Below are positions 1 to 10,628 of a stretch of 64,000 nt of DNA, in pieces. The notes under the pieces were generated by a model, which was given only the letters and a program-made list of their open reading frames with translations, had not been told where the DNA came from and searched no databases. The translations under genes and the position numbers were made by a program. Source of the DNA: an uncultured Actinomycetes bacterium (GTDB lineage: Bacteria > Actinomycetota > UBA4738 > HRBIN12); assembly GCA_963792215.1 (NCBI GenBank), contig CAWBVL010000007.1, positions 325,044-389,043 of the forward strand, written 5' to 3'. Every line of letters begins with the position of its first letter. Within the stretch, counting starts at the first letter, position 1.

Positions 1-529
1 GGACGGTCTGCCGCCTGATCAGGTCGGTGAAGGCGGCGCGCATGATCCCTGGGACGTCGACCCCGGGGTGGTTATAGAAGTCGTGGTCCTCGGTCGCGAT
101 CACCGCGTCCTGCAGGTGGGACGAGATCTGCGACAACGGCACGACGGTGCGATCGACGGACCCGTGCAGGGTCGTCAGCAGATGCCCGTTGCGGTCGTAG
201 AGATAGGTGGTCTGGATCGGCGGGAGCGCCTGCGGAAGCTTGATCCGGGCGTACGCGATGTAGAGGCCGATCCCCGCGAACAGTGCGAGCACGAACGGGG
301 TGGCGAGGACGAAGACCCACCATCGCCGGCGGAGGAACGACTTCTTCGTCGGCGCCGCGCCGCCTTTGGCCGGGTTGGTGCCCGCCGCGCCGGTTGGCTT
401 CGTCTTCGTCGTGGCGGTGCTCCCACGTGTGGATGCAGCGGCCTTCCCGGCTTTCCCTCTGGATGGCCTGGAGGCGTGCTTGGGGGTGTATCGGTCCCCG
501 GTGGAGGCCGACGAGCGGTCGCGCGACAC
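1..529 (-). CDS. Class A penicillin-binding protein / GT51 peptidoglycan glycosyltransferase, N-terminal part only (gene runs off left edge)
   Basis: This frame is absent from the ORF track because it has no stop inside the window. My translation from GTG at 529-527 gives a Lys/Thr/Ala-rich tail, the TM helix WWVFVLATPFVLALFAGIGLYIAY, then the GT51 motif VIATEDHDFYNHPGVD. Confidence 0.8.
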   Translation of the reverse strand, partial: MSRDRSSASTGDRYTPKHASRPSRGKAGKAAASTRGSTATTKTKPTGAAGTNPAKGGAAPTKKSFLRRRWWVFVLATPFVLALFAGIGLYIAYARIKLPQALPPIQTTYLYDRNGHLLTTLHGSVDRTVVPLSQISSHLQDAVIATEDHDFYNHPGVDVPGIMRAAFTDLIRRQTV

Positions 530-597
530 GGTCGCCCGATGCTAGCAAGGGGTTGCGCGGTCAGGGGTCTGGGGGTGTGACGAGTCGGTGCTGTTGG

Positions 598-1026
598 TCA
601 GCCCGCAGCGCGGCGGCGGGCCGTGAAGGCCTCTCGCAGGTGGTTCCACTGGCAGACCCGGCAGACCTCCACCACGTAGCAGCAGGAACCGGGGCTGGCC
701 GCGGCCATCCGCAAGCCGGTGTCGATCGACCAGACGCGGCCATTGTCGTGCTTGAGGTCGTCGCCGTAGACGTAGGCGAGGAGGACCAGCTTGTCCTTGC
801 CGCAGACCGGGCAGTCGACCCGTGTGGGCTCGCCGACGTACTTGGCGGCTCGCATCAGCTCCGGGTGTGCGTCGCAAAGGTCATTGACCGACTGCAGGCC
901 ACGCTGGGTGTCGCGCAGGATCGCACGCTTGGCCAACGTGTAGTCGATCACGTTGAGCTCGGCGCGCCGGGAGCGCCCCAGCGGTCGGCGTGCGGGCTTC
1001 TTCGCCATGGTTCGGCGATGGTACAC
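598..1026 (-). CDS. DUF5318-family protein (Rv0049-like, classically adjacent to ponA1)
   Basis: Carries CPVCGK...VVEVCRVCQWNHL zinc-ribbon-like motifs and sits next to the PBP gene. The start may be the second Met at 1008. Confidence 0.75.
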   Translation of the reverse strand: MYHRRTMAKKPARRPLGRSRRAELNVIDYTLAKRAILRDTQRGLQSVNDLCDAHPELMRAAKYVGEPTRVDCPVCGKDKLVLLAYVYGDDLKHDNGRVWSIDTGLRMAAASPGSCCYVVEVCRVCQWNHLREAFTARRRAAG

Positions 1027-1070
1027 CCGGGCCCGGACAGGGGGCAGGGACCGAACGTACCCTCCTTGCC

Positions 1071-1433
1071 ATGAGCGAGATTCGGGAGCAGACGGCCGAG
1101 ATCCAGGTGATCCAGGAGGGTGCGCGGGCCTGGGCGGACCTGCTGAACCCGCCGGGCACGCTGGGGACCGGCGGGGCCGAGACGGAGACCTTCACCAGCC
1201 CCGACGGGGTGTTCCAGACGGGCTTCTGGCGGCGCGAGCCCGACACGTGGTCGTTCGAGCGGCCCTACGACGAGGTCGCGCTGATCCTCGCCGGCGAGGC
1301 CGACATCGAGACCGACGGGCAGGTGCTCACCGTTCGCGCCGGCGACCTGCTGGTTACCCCCAAGGGGTCCACGGGTACCTGGCGCATCAAGGAAACGATC
1401 GTCAAGTTCTTCGCGATCTACGACCGCGGATAG
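1071..1433 (+). CDS. Cupin-fold protein (DUF861/EutQ-like)
   Basis: C-terminal cupin-like strands (LILAGEADIETDGQVLTVRAGDLLVTPKGSTGTW). I chose ATG at 1071 over the longer ORF start at 990. Confidence 0.7.
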   Translation: MSEIREQTAEIQVIQEGARAWADLLNPPGTLGTGGAETETFTSPDGVFQTGFWRREPDTWSFERPYDEVALILAGEADIETDGQVLTVRAGDLLVTPKGSTGTWRIKETIVKFFAIYDRG

Positions 1434-1476
1434 GAGCGACGCCACGAGCGATCCGTACGGTTCGCTGGATCCGCGG

Positions 1477-1917
1477 GTGGACCGCGGCGACGAGTCGCCG
1501 TTACTCATCGAGGCAGGGTCGGGTCGTGTGTTGCTCCGCGGTCTGCGGAAGCGCTGCCCACGCTGCGGCGCGCGCGGGATCTGGCTGACGTGGTTCAAGC
1601 CGAAGCCGCTGTGCCCGGTGTGCGATCTGCGGTTCGAGTCCGAGGAGGGCGGGTTCCTCGGCGCGATGGTGATCAACTACACGTTCGCGTGCTCGTTCTG
1701 GATCGCGGCGATGGTGATCACGATGATCTTGACGGTGCCGTTCATCCCCGTCGTGCCGGTGATCATGGGGAGCATCGTCATCCTCGGCGGCGCGCCGGTG
1801 TGGTTCTATCCGCGGTCGAAGATGCTCTGGGCGGCGGTGGAGTTCCTGACCGCGCGGAGCGAGCCGGGCTATCGGACGCCGACGGCGCGCGATCCGCGGG
1901 CGCGCGGCCTCGAGTAG
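1477..1917 (+). CDS. DUF983-type membrane protein with N-terminal zinc ribbon
   Basis: CPRCG...CPVCDL motif followed by two hydrophobic helices. GTG start. Confidence 0.7.
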   Translation: MDRGDESPLLIEAGSGRVLLRGLRKRCPRCGARGIWLTWFKPKPLCPVCDLRFESEEGGFLGAMVINYTFACSFWIAAMVITMILTVPFIPVVPVIMGSIVILGGAPVWFYPRSKMLWAAVEFLTARSEPGYRTPTARDPRARGLE

Positions 1918-1921
1918 CGGC

Positions 1922-2737
1922 TCAGGTGACGGCGAGCGGGATCCTTCGGATCCCCGTGAACGAGCCCGAACGCAGCGGCTCATCGTCGATCTCGGCGTCC
2001 GAGAAGCCGGCGGCTCTGACCGCCTCGAGGATCGAGGCGCTCCCTTCGGTGGCCCGTGCGCGCGCGAGGTCGTCGTCGCCCAGCTCGACCTTGCCGAGGT
2101 CGCCGAGGTGGCGCACGCGAAGATCGCGGTATCCGAGCGCCTTGATCGCGGTCTCGGCGCGATCGATCTGCGCGAGCGTCGCCGGTTCCACCCCGGTGCC
2201 GTATGGCAGACGCGAGGCGAGGCACGGCATCGCCGGCTTGTCCGCGCTCGGGATCTCGAGCTCGGCCGCCGTCCGGCGGACGTCTTGCTTGCGGAAGTTC
2301 GCCTCGACGAGCGGGTGACGGACATCGTGCTCCGCCGCCGCGCGGAGGCCGGGACGCCAGTCACCGAGGTCGTCGACGTTGGCGCCGGAGAAGGTGGCTG
2401 CGAAGCCTTCGGCCGCGGCGAGTTCGGCGAGCCGGTCGTAGAGCTCGGACTTGCAGTGGTAGCAACGGTCGGCTGCGTTGCGGCGGTAGCCCTCACGGGC
2501 GAGCTCGTCGGTCAAGATCGCGCGGTGGGCGATGCCGACGGCGGCGGCGACCGCCCGCGCGCCGTCCAGCTCACCGGTCGCGAGGGCGGGCGAGACGGCC
2601 GTGACCGCGAGCGCCCGCTCCCCCAGGACGCGGCCGGCGACGGCCGCGACCAGCGACGAGTCGACGCCGCCGGAGAACGCGACCAGCGCGCTCGGCGCGG
2701 TGGCGATCGTTCCTTCAAGCTCAGCGAGCGTGGGCAT
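1922..2737 (-). CDS. larE: LarE, ATP-dependent sacrificial sulfur transferase (nickel-pincer cofactor synthesis)
   Basis: PP-loop motif VAFSGGVDSS, conserved Cys in DKPAMPCLASR, about 270 aa, adjacent to larC and larB. Confidence 0.85.
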   Translation of the reverse strand: MPTLAELEGTIATAPSALVAFSGGVDSSLVAAVAGRVLGERALAVTAVSPALATGELDGARAVAAAVGIAHRAILTDELAREGYRRNAADRCYHCKSELYDRLAELAAAEGFAATFSGANVDDLGDWRPGLRAAAEHDVRHPLVEANFRKQDVRRTAAELEIPSADKPAMPCLASRLPYGTGVEPATLAQIDRAETAIKALGYRDLRVRHLGDLGKVELGDDDLARARATEGSASILEAVRAAGFSDAEIDDEPLRSGSFTGIRRIPLAVT

Positions 2738-3917
2738 CTTCGATGTCCTGCGTTGCGGTGGCCGCGGCGAGCGCCTCGGCCCAGATCTGCTTGACCGGTC
2801 GGCCGGTCACCGCGGCGACCGCGGCGCAGTCGTCGTGCTCTGGCGCGACGTTCACGACCCGGCCGTCGAGCAGACCGATCTTGACGCGGACGGTGTGGCC
2901 GTCGATGTCGACCTCGCGCATCGCGCGGTCGAGCTCGTAGCGCTCGAGCCGTTGCACCCGCACCCCCAGCGTCGACGAGTTCGTGAGAAGCGTCTCGGCG
3001 AGCGTCCGCTCCTGATCCGGCCTGGCGAGGACACTGAGCAGCACACCCGGGCGGGCTTTCTTCATCTGGATCGGGACGGTCCACGCGTCGATCGCACCCG
3101 CGGTCATGCAGGCGTCGAGCACGTCGGGCACGAGCTCCGGAACGAGGTCGTCGACGTTTGCCTGAAGCAGGACCACGGCCGTGGTGGTCTGCGGCTCGTC
3201 GATCGCGTCGCCGATCGCGACCCGAACGATGTTGGGTCGAGAGGGGTGTTCGCGGGTTCCGACGCCGGTGCCGGTCGCGCGCAGCACCATCGCGGGGAGC
3301 TCGCCCCACGCATCGGCTGCCGTGACCACGATCGCCGCGCCCGTAGGCGTAACGAGCTCGCCGGGCGTGTCGACGCCGACCACCGGAACGCCGGCCAGCA
3401 GCGCCATCGTCGCCGGCGCCGGAAGCGGCATCACGCCGTGATCCATCTGGCCGATCCCACGGCCGAGCGGGACGGGCGCGCAGACGAGCCGTTCGATCTC
3501 GAGCGCGTCGAGCAGCGCGAAGACGCCGCAGATGTCGATCAGGGTGTCGTCGTCACCGAGCTCGTGCAGCACGACCTCGTTCCGATCGACACCGTGGACC
3601 GCGGCCTCGGCTCCGATCAGGCGATCGAGCGCATCGAGGGAACGCGAGCGGACACGTGGCGCCAACCGCGAGCCCGCGATGACCGCGCGCATCGCCTCGC
3701 CGGTGCGCCCGTGAGGCTCGGCCGACCGGACGTCCACATGCGTCGCGCGAAGGCGGGCGCGCACCGGTTGTGAGACGTCGAGACCGACGCCGTCGAGGCC
3801 GAGCGCGGCGATCGCCTCGTCGAGCGCGGACCGCGGTGCGCCCGCGTCCAACAGCGCGGCGAGCAGCATGTCGCCCGCCAGGCCGCCGACGGGGTCGACG
3901 TGGGCGACGCGGGTCAC
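2721..3917 (-). CDS. larC: LarC, nickel insertion protein (DUF111 family), single unsplit ORF
   Basis: N-terminus VAHVDPVGGLAGDMLLAALLDAG is typical of LarC. About 398 aa. Overlaps both larE and larB. Confidence 0.85.
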   Translation of the reverse strand: MTRVAHVDPVGGLAGDMLLAALLDAGAPRSALDEAIAALGLDGVGLDVSQPVRARLRATHVDVRSAEPHGRTGEAMRAVIAGSRLAPRVRSRSLDALDRLIGAEAAVHGVDRNEVVLHELGDDDTLIDICGVFALLDALEIERLVCAPVPLGRGIGQMDHGVMPLPAPATMALLAGVPVVGVDTPGELVTPTGAAIVVTAADAWGELPAMVLRATGTGVGTREHPSRPNIVRVAIGDAIDEPQTTTAVVLLQANVDDLVPELVPDVLDACMTAGAIDAWTVPIQMKKARPGVLLSVLARPDQERTLAETLLTNSSTLGVRVQRLERYELDRAMREVDIDGHTVRVKIGLLDGRVVNVAPEHDDCAAVAAVTGRPVKQIWAEALAAATATQDIEDAHAR

Positions 3918-4681
3918 GGCGCGCGCACCTCAGCGCGGCGTGCGATCCGGGCGGCGACCGATCCTGCGCCGAGGCCGTCGTCGATCCCGACCACCGCGAG
4001 CCCATCCGCACACGAGACGAGCATCGCGTTGAGCGCTGTCTCGCCTCCGTGCGCCGAGCCGTAGCCCACGCTGGTCGGCACGCCGATCACGGGACACGGC
4101 GCCAGCCCGCCGATCACGCTGGCGAGCGCGCCGTCCATCCCGGCGACCACCACGACGACGTCCGCGCGATCGAGGTCCGGGATCACCGGCGCGAGGCGAT
4201 GCAGCCCCGCGACGCCAACGTCCTCGTGCACGGTGACGTTGGTGCCGAGCAGGTCGGCGCGGATCCGTGCCTCGTGCACGACCGGACCGTCGGACGTCCC
4301 CGCGGAGACGATCAAGACCTGCCCGCGCTTCTCGATCGGCTCGCGCTCGGCCCACACGGCGCGCGCACGTTCGTCTTCGAGCGCCTCGGGAAGGACCTCT
4401 CGCACCGCCGCTCGCATCGGCTCGTCGGCGCGCGTGACGAGCACGCTGGACGCGCCCGCCTCGGCGAGCGCCAACGCGATCCGCGCGACCTGATCCGGCG
4501 TCTTGCCCGATCCGAGGACCACCTCGGGGGCGCCCTGCCGGAGCTCGCGATGGGTATCCACCCGCGCGAAGCCGAGGTCCCGGTACGGCAACTGTGCGAG
4601 CCGGTCTGCCGCATCCTTCGGATCGACGCCATGGTCGGCGACGGCCTCGAGGAGTTCCTCCAGCTGGCGGCGCGAGGTCAT
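3914..4681 (-). CDS. larB: LarB, nicotinic acid adenine dinucleotide carboxylase/hydrolase (PurE-like)
   Basis: PurE/AIR-carboxylase-like core (LIVSAGTSDGPVVHEA...VVVAGMDGALASVIGG). I chose ATG at 4681 (MTSRRQLEEL). Confidence 0.85.
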   Translation of the reverse strand: MTSRRQLEELLEAVADHGVDPKDAADRLAQLPYRDLGFARVDTHRELRQGAPEVVLGSGKTPDQVARIALALAEAGASSVLVTRADEPMRAAVREVLPEALEDERARAVWAEREPIEKRGQVLIVSAGTSDGPVVHEARIRADLLGTNVTVHEDVGVAGLHRLAPVIPDLDRADVVVVVAGMDGALASVIGGLAPCPVIGVPTSVGYGSAHGGETALNAMLVSCADGLAVVGIDDGLGAGSVAARIARRAEVRAP

Positions 4682-4718
4682 GCGGTCGAGTCTACGCCGC
4701 AGGCGGCATCGGCTTCCC

Positions 4719-5084
4719 TTACGGCAGATCGACGACGGCGCGCGCTCGAGCTTGCAAGGCAAGCGAACCCGGGACGAGCAACAACCCCGAGAACGTTCTG
4801 CGCACCGTCACGACCGCTTCCGTGGCGCCGGTCGCGCACGAACAATCCACCAGCTCGGTGCCGTTGTCTTCCGCGAACCGCGTCGCATCCGCGGTGGGAT
4901 CCCCGCTTCCGAGCGCAAGGTCCTGCGCAGCGGCGAGGGCGGCCGCGTCCGCCGCCGCCTCGGCGTGCGACCGTTCCACCAGGACTCGACCGACGTCCGC
5001 CACGCCCATCGTGCAGACGAGGGCGATGCAGATCGCGGCGGCGCACACGACCGATACCGACCCCCGCTGCGAGGTCCCGCTCAC
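4719..5084 (-). CDS. TadE-like pilus minor protein (Rv3654c family)
   Basis: N-terminal hydrophobic segment GSVSVVCAAAICIALVC. Last gene of the Tad operon. Confidence 0.65.
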   Translation of the reverse strand: MSGTSQRGSVSVVCAAAICIALVCTMGVADVGRVLVERSHAEAAADAAALAAAQDLALGSGDPTADATRFAEDNGTELVDCSCATGATEAVVTVRRTFSGLLLVPGSLALQARARAVVDLP

Positions 5085-5473
5085 CCGTACTCCTGGCGCA
5101 TCACCGCGGACGCATGCAGCTGAACCGACGTGCCGACGAGCCAGCCGATGAACGGCACCCGCATCGGGTCGTCGTACGCGACGGACACCGTCACGGGAGC
5201 GCCCTGCGCGCCGACACGAACGATGCCCACCGTCATGGACGATGCGTCGAGACCCGCAGCTGCCGCGACCGCGGCGTCGTGGATCGCCGTCTCGTCCGGG
5301 TCGACGGCGGCGGCGCGCGCTCCCGCACGCGCCGCCGCCTCGACCAGCGCTCGATCCCGCGCGAGCACGCCAACCTGGACGAGACCCAAGGTCACCGCGA
5401 AGACCAGCGGCAGCACCAACGCGAACTCCACCGCCGCCGACCCGCGCGACGATCGCTCAGGCCGATGAAGCAT
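5081..5473 (-). CDS. TadE-family pseudopilin
   Basis: TadE signature GSAAVEFALVLPLVFAVTLGLVQ near the N-terminus. Confidence 0.75.
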   Translation of the reverse strand: MLHRPERSSRGSAAVEFALVLPLVFAVTLGLVQVGVLARDRALVEAAARAGARAAAVDPDETAIHDAAVAAAAGLDASSMTVGIVRVGAQGAPVTVSVAYDDPMRVPFIGWLVGTSVQLHASAVMRQEYG

Positions 5474-5663
5474 TCCCGATCACGGTGTCGATGACCTGGT
5501 CGAAGAACGCCGGGAGTTTGCCCGACGAGTGCGCCCACGTGATCAACACGACCGCCACAGCGGCGGCGGCCAAGATCACCAACGCGTACTCCGACGTGGT
5601 CTGGCCTTCTTCCCTTCGGATCGCTCCGAGGGTGCGCAGGTACAGACGAACGAGGTACGGCAT
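5457..5663 (-). CDS. flp: Flp-type pilin (DUF4244 class)
   Basis: Prepilin motif EEG/QTTSEYALV followed by a hydrophobic helix. ATG at 5663 lies 6 nt after GGAGGTG. Confidence 0.75.
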   Translation of the reverse strand: MPYLVRLYLRTLGAIRREEGQTTSEYALVILAAAAVAVVLITWAHSSGKLPAFFDQVIDTVIGNASSA

Positions 5664-5677
5664 CTGCTCACCTCCTC

Positions 5678-6286
5678 TCAATCGATGGAACGCACGGTGG
5701 TGATGAGGACGGGCACCACCGTGAGGAGGAGGAAGGCAGGGAGGATCAGGAACACCAACGGGAACAGCATCTTCACCGGTGCGGTGCGCGCTCGTTCGAG
5801 GGTGGCCGCCCGACGGGCGTCGCGCACCGTTGCCGCCAGCTCGCGCGTCGCGTCGCGCAACGGCACACCGAGCGCCTCGGTCCGCGCCAGCACGGCGACC
5901 GTACGCGCGAGGTCCGGGTCGCCCGTCCGCTCGACGTGTTCGGCGAGCGCCTCACGCCATGGGACGCCGAGATCGACCGATCGCATGACCTCGCCGAGGT
6001 CCTCACCGAGCGGACCGTGCAGGCAGGAGACCGCCTGCCGGAACGAGGCCTCAGCCGACAGGCCCGCCGTTGACCCCGCGGCCAGGAGGTCCAGCAGCTG
6101 CGGGACGTCGGCGTGCAACGCCTTGTTCCGTTCACGCCGGCTGCGCCGCGTGCTGCGGCGTGGCGCGCGCTCGGCCGCCGGCTCTGGAGGAAGGAGGTGC
6201 GGCGACCGGCCGGCGTTCGCCACTCCTGCGCACGCTGCAACGATCGAGGAGGCGGCGAGCAACCCGACGAGCGGCGCCGCGCTCAT
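5678..6286 (-). CDS. tadC: TadC-like type II secretion F-family membrane protein
   Basis: C-terminal T2SSF-like TM (KMLFPLVFLILPAFLLLTVVPVL). Its start forms an ATGA overlap with the tadB stop at 6283-6286. Confidence 0.75.
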   Translation of the reverse strand: MSAAPLVGLLAASSIVAACAGVANAGRSPHLLPPEPAAERAPRRSTRRSRRERNKALHADVPQLLDLLAAGSTAGLSAEASFRQAVSCLHGPLGEDLGEVMRSVDLGVPWREALAEHVERTGDPDLARTVAVLARTEALGVPLRDATRELAATVRDARRAATLERARTAPVKMLFPLVFLILPAFLLLTVVPVLITTVRSID

Positions 6287-7074
6287 TCGACCACCAGCAG
6301 CTTCCTGATCCACGCGAAGGCGCCGAGTTCGAGCAGAAGGCCGACGAGGACGCAGGCGATGCCGACGGGCGTGGACATCGCGCCCTCGATGTCTCGGCGT
6401 GAGGTCAGCCACAGGAACCCGAAGAAGCCGACCGGAAGCAAGCCCAGGATCCATGCCGACATCCGCGCCTGCGCCGTGAGCGACCGAACCTCGCGCGTGA
6501 TGCTCACGCGATCCCTGATCGTGCCGACGACCTGATCGAGCACCGCGGGCAGATCGCCCCCGCTGCGACGATGGAGCTCAAGCGAACCGACCACCAGCTC
6601 GACGTTCGCGCCCGGCCGCGCCGACGACCAGGAGCGGAGCGCCTGATCCAACGCGATGCCCGTGTCCAACCGCTCGACGACGAGCGCGAGGTCGTCGCGG
6701 ACCGGTGGCGCCGCCTCGGTCGAGGCGTAGCGGATCGCCTGCGTCAGTGAGGCGCCCGACCGCACCGCCGCGGCAAGCGCACCGACCGCGTCGGCGAACC
6801 GTTCCTCGATCATGACGGGCGTCACCGCGAGCGCACGGCGGCGCCTGACCGCACGCACGACGCCCGAGATCACCAGCCCGATCACGGCCCCCGGAACCCT
6901 CGCCACAGCCCATCCCACGAGTGCGGCCGGGCCGAACACGAGGAGGTCGTCTCGGCGCACAGACGGCGGTCCCGCGCCGGCAGACGTCTCCAGTTCCAGC
7001 CTGGCGCCGACGGCCGCCCGACGCGACAGGTGCGCGCCGACAGCCAAGCAACACGCCGCGAGCGGTATACCCAC
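6283..7074 (-). CDS. tadB: TadB-like type II secretion F-family membrane protein
   Basis: T2SSF-type TM segments. The start is uncertain: GTG at 7074, or CTG at 7092 abutting the tadA stop. I rejected the Arg-rich N-terminal extension to 7278. Confidence 0.7.
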   Translation of the reverse strand: MGIPLAACCLAVGAHLSRRAAVGARLELETSAGAGPPSVRRDDLLVFGPAALVGWAVARVPGAVIGLVISGVVRAVRRRRALAVTPVMIEERFADAVGALAAAVRSGASLTQAIRYASTEAAPPVRDDLALVVERLDTGIALDQALRSWSSARPGANVELVVGSLELHRRSGGDLPAVLDQVVGTIRDRVSITREVRSLTAQARMSAWILGLLPVGFFGFLWLTSRRDIEGAMSTPVGIACVLVGLLLELGAFAWIRKLLVVE

Positions 7075-7088
7075 GATGGCCAGCGGGT

Positions 7089-8351
<1,263 letters not shown>

Positions 8352-8387
8352 GCGCGCCTCCGATCGCCGACGCGACGCGCCCCGCCC

Positions 8388-8834
8388 TCAGGACGTGATC
8401 GGGCTGAACGACGGGTCGGTAGTGCGCACCGTTCCGTTCGCTTCGAACAGCACCAGGAACGTCCGCGCTCGATAGCGCATCCCCGCGTCGACCCACTGTG
8501 CGCCGGTGAGACACGAGCCTCCCGGGGAGGAGGACGGAACGTCGTTGAACCCACACGATCGGCTCGCGAGCGTGGTCCACGAGAAGCCGTCCGCCGAGGA
8601 TTGCAGCGACACCGAGATGCTCATCTGCACCAGCTTGGTCGAGCCGTCGTAGTAGCCGCGCCCCTTGGCGGCGACCTGCCAGTCCGCGCTCCGGACGTAA
8701 CACGCCGATTGATGCCCGCCCGTCTTGGTCGTCTTCCACGCGCTGCAGCCGGTCCCCACGTTCGCGTGTGCCGATGTCGCGATCGCCATCGACGCGACGA
8801 TCACGACGGCGGTTGCGATCTGCCGTATCCGCAC
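8388..8834 (-). CDS. Secreted 4-Cys protein of unknown function, inserted inside the Tad locus
   Basis: Signal peptide MRIRQIATAVVIVASMAIATSAHA. The mature part has four Cys. I verified the frame codon by codon. GTG start. Confidence 0.6.
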   Translation of the reverse strand: MRIRQIATAVVIVASMAIATSAHANVGTGCSAWKTTKTGGHQSACYVRSADWQVAAKGRGYYDGSTKLVQMSISVSLQSSADGFSWTTLASRSCGFNDVPSSSPGGSCLTGAQWVDAGMRYRARTFLVLFEANGTVRTTDPSFSPITS

Positions 8835-8933
8835 CTGCTCCCCCTTCCGGTCCGTGCGCCCGGGAGCGGAGGGGGCGCCGGAGTCCGGCGCGACCGAGCA
8901 CCTGATCGACGAGGGAGAGGACGTCGAGGGCCG

Positions 8934-10028
8934 TCACGCGGCACCTCGGAGTTCAGCGGTGGAGGCGAGCAGCTGGTGACTCAGCCTCGCGATGGCGCGA
9001 GCCGCTCGCGCGCGCGGTGGCAGCAGCCGGCCGTGATCCTGCAGGCGGGGCACGGAGGCATCGACCGGGAGCACCGCGACCGGCGCGCGGCCGAACACCC
9101 GCTCGACGTCGGCGGGCACGACCTCGCCGCGCGCCGCCCGATTGACGACGAACGACGTCCGGTCTTCGACACCGTCTGGCGCGATCCGCGCAAGCGTTCG
9201 GACCGTCGCACGGAACGAGGCGATGTCGAGCGCGAGCACCTCGACGACGGCATCGGCGGCGCGGAGGCTCGCGCGCGTGACGGGGTCGGTCCCGAGCCCC
9301 GTATGCAGGACGACCACGTCGGTGGATGCAGCCGCGAGGTCCACGACACGCGCGACCGAGCGCTCCTCGGGCGCGGGCGTATCCGGCGGCGCCGCGACGA
9401 TCACGCCGAACCCTTCGTGGTGCGGGAACACGGTCTCGGTGAACGAACCGGGTGTCATCTCATCGACGACGTCGCAGAGTTCCGACACGGGGTGCAGTCC
9501 CGCCGTGCCGTCGACGATCCCGAGCGCCGTCGCGACGTCGCCGCCGAATGGGTCGACGTCGACGAGCACGACCGACCGGTCGGCCGACACCGCGGCTCGG
9601 GCCAGGTGCGTCGCGACGAAGGTGCAGCCCGCGCCGCCACGCGAGGCGTGCACCGCGATCACCGTCGCGCGCCGCTCGAGATGCTTCGCGCCGACCGCGA
9701 ACCCTTCGACGTGGGCAATCAAGCGGTCGCGCTCCTCAGGCCACACGGTGAAGCCTCGGACCCCTGCTTCGATCGCCGCGCGAAGCGCGGCGATCGACTC
9801 CCGGCTCGCGATCGCGATGCACGGCGTCGGGCCAGAGACGGCGCCGGCGAACCGCGGCTCGGCGATCACCAGGTCCGGCTCGAGCTGCGTGACCGCGTCG
9901 GCGATCTGCCGCTCGCCGTCGGCCGTGGCCACCACGCGCACGGCGCCGCTGCGGTCGAGGAAGTGCAGCACCTCGTCGAGCACCTCCGGCGCCTCGATCG
10001 CGAGGACCACGCGCGTCGACCGTTCCAT
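8934..10028 (-). CDS. TadZ/CpaE/Ssd-like protein (receiver-like N domain plus ParA/MinD-like ATPase)
   Basis: N-terminal receiver-like fold (RVVLAIEAPEVLDEV...DLVIAEP). Deviant P-loop SRGGAGCTFVATHLA. First gene of the Tad operon. Confidence 0.75.
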   Translation of the reverse strand: MERSTRVVLAIEAPEVLDEVLHFLDRSGAVRVVATADGERQIADAVTQLEPDLVIAEPRFAGAVSGPTPCIAIASRESIAALRAAIEAGVRGFTVWPEERDRLIAHVEGFAVGAKHLERRATVIAVHASRGGAGCTFVATHLARAAVSADRSVVLVDVDPFGGDVATALGIVDGTAGLHPVSELCDVVDEMTPGSFTETVFPHHEGFGVIVAAPPDTPAPEERSVARVVDLAAASTDVVVLHTGLGTDPVTRASLRAADAVVEVLALDIASFRATVRTLARIAPDGVEDRTSFVVNRAARGEVVPADVERVFGRAPVAVLPVDASVPRLQDHGRLLPPRARAARAIARLSHQLLASTAELRGAA

Positions 10029-10250
10029 CCCCGTCCCTTCTTCACCGAACGCGCGCCGAAGCGCCGCGTTGCCGCTCGAGGAAGCTTCAGGGGGTGGCCG
10101 GTGCAGGAATGCGCGCCGACGGAACGAACGCTACCGGCGTGACGGTGCGCTGTTGATCCCCAGACCGACCCATCTCGCGTTCTTGTCGGGGGATGTGCGC
10201 GTGCGCTCCGTCACAGCCGACGGCGCGGTGGTTCGAGGGTCGCCGGAGGG

Positions 10251-10502
10251 CTAGTCCGAGTCGTGCCAGCGCTTCGACAACTCCGACTGCTCGAGACGAT
10301 GCGACCACTGCATCAAGACGGTCACGATCGTCGCGCCGAAGGTCGCGAGGGCGAACCCACCGGTGAAGGCCACCACACCGATCAGGTCGGGCGACGGCGT
10401 GATCTGGTCGCTGACCTGCCACTGCAGGATCGTCCTGAGCACGACCCAGACGAACGCCGACACGATGAACGCGCCACCGAACCGCTGTGCCCACGTATCC
10501 AT
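10251..10502 (-). CDS. Small two-TM membrane protein, unknown function
   Basis: ATG at 10502 lies 6 nt after GGAGG. Two hydrophobic helices. Confidence 0.5.
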   Translation of the reverse strand: MDTWAQRFGGAFIVSAFVWVVLRTILQWQVSDQITPSPDLIGVVAFTGGFALATFGATIVTVLMQWSHRLEQSELSKRWHDSD

Positions 10503-10628
10503 CGAGCCCCTCCGGACGCCGGCCGAGGTACGAACCGTACCGACCGGTCGCGATCGATACCACGACCCGCAACGCGCTGCGGCCCGGGGCCAAGCCCCGG
10601 GCCGCAGGTGGTACAACGTGGCGCTTAG

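Noticed and set aside
2721-3917. A programmed frameshift in larC, as in the split larC1/larC2 arrangement.
   Set aside because: A single uninterrupted 398-aa frame covers the whole LarC length.
3770-5494. A long 574-aa plus-strand ORF. Similar long ORFs occur at 8601..10142, 10719..12251, 19117..20664, 19466..20668, 49874..51424, 51759..53921 and 59597..61495.
   Set aside because: They are Arg/Pro/Ala/Gly-rich with no motifs, and each lies antisense to or frame-shifted over a gene with clear family signatures. These are typical high-GC shadow ORFs.
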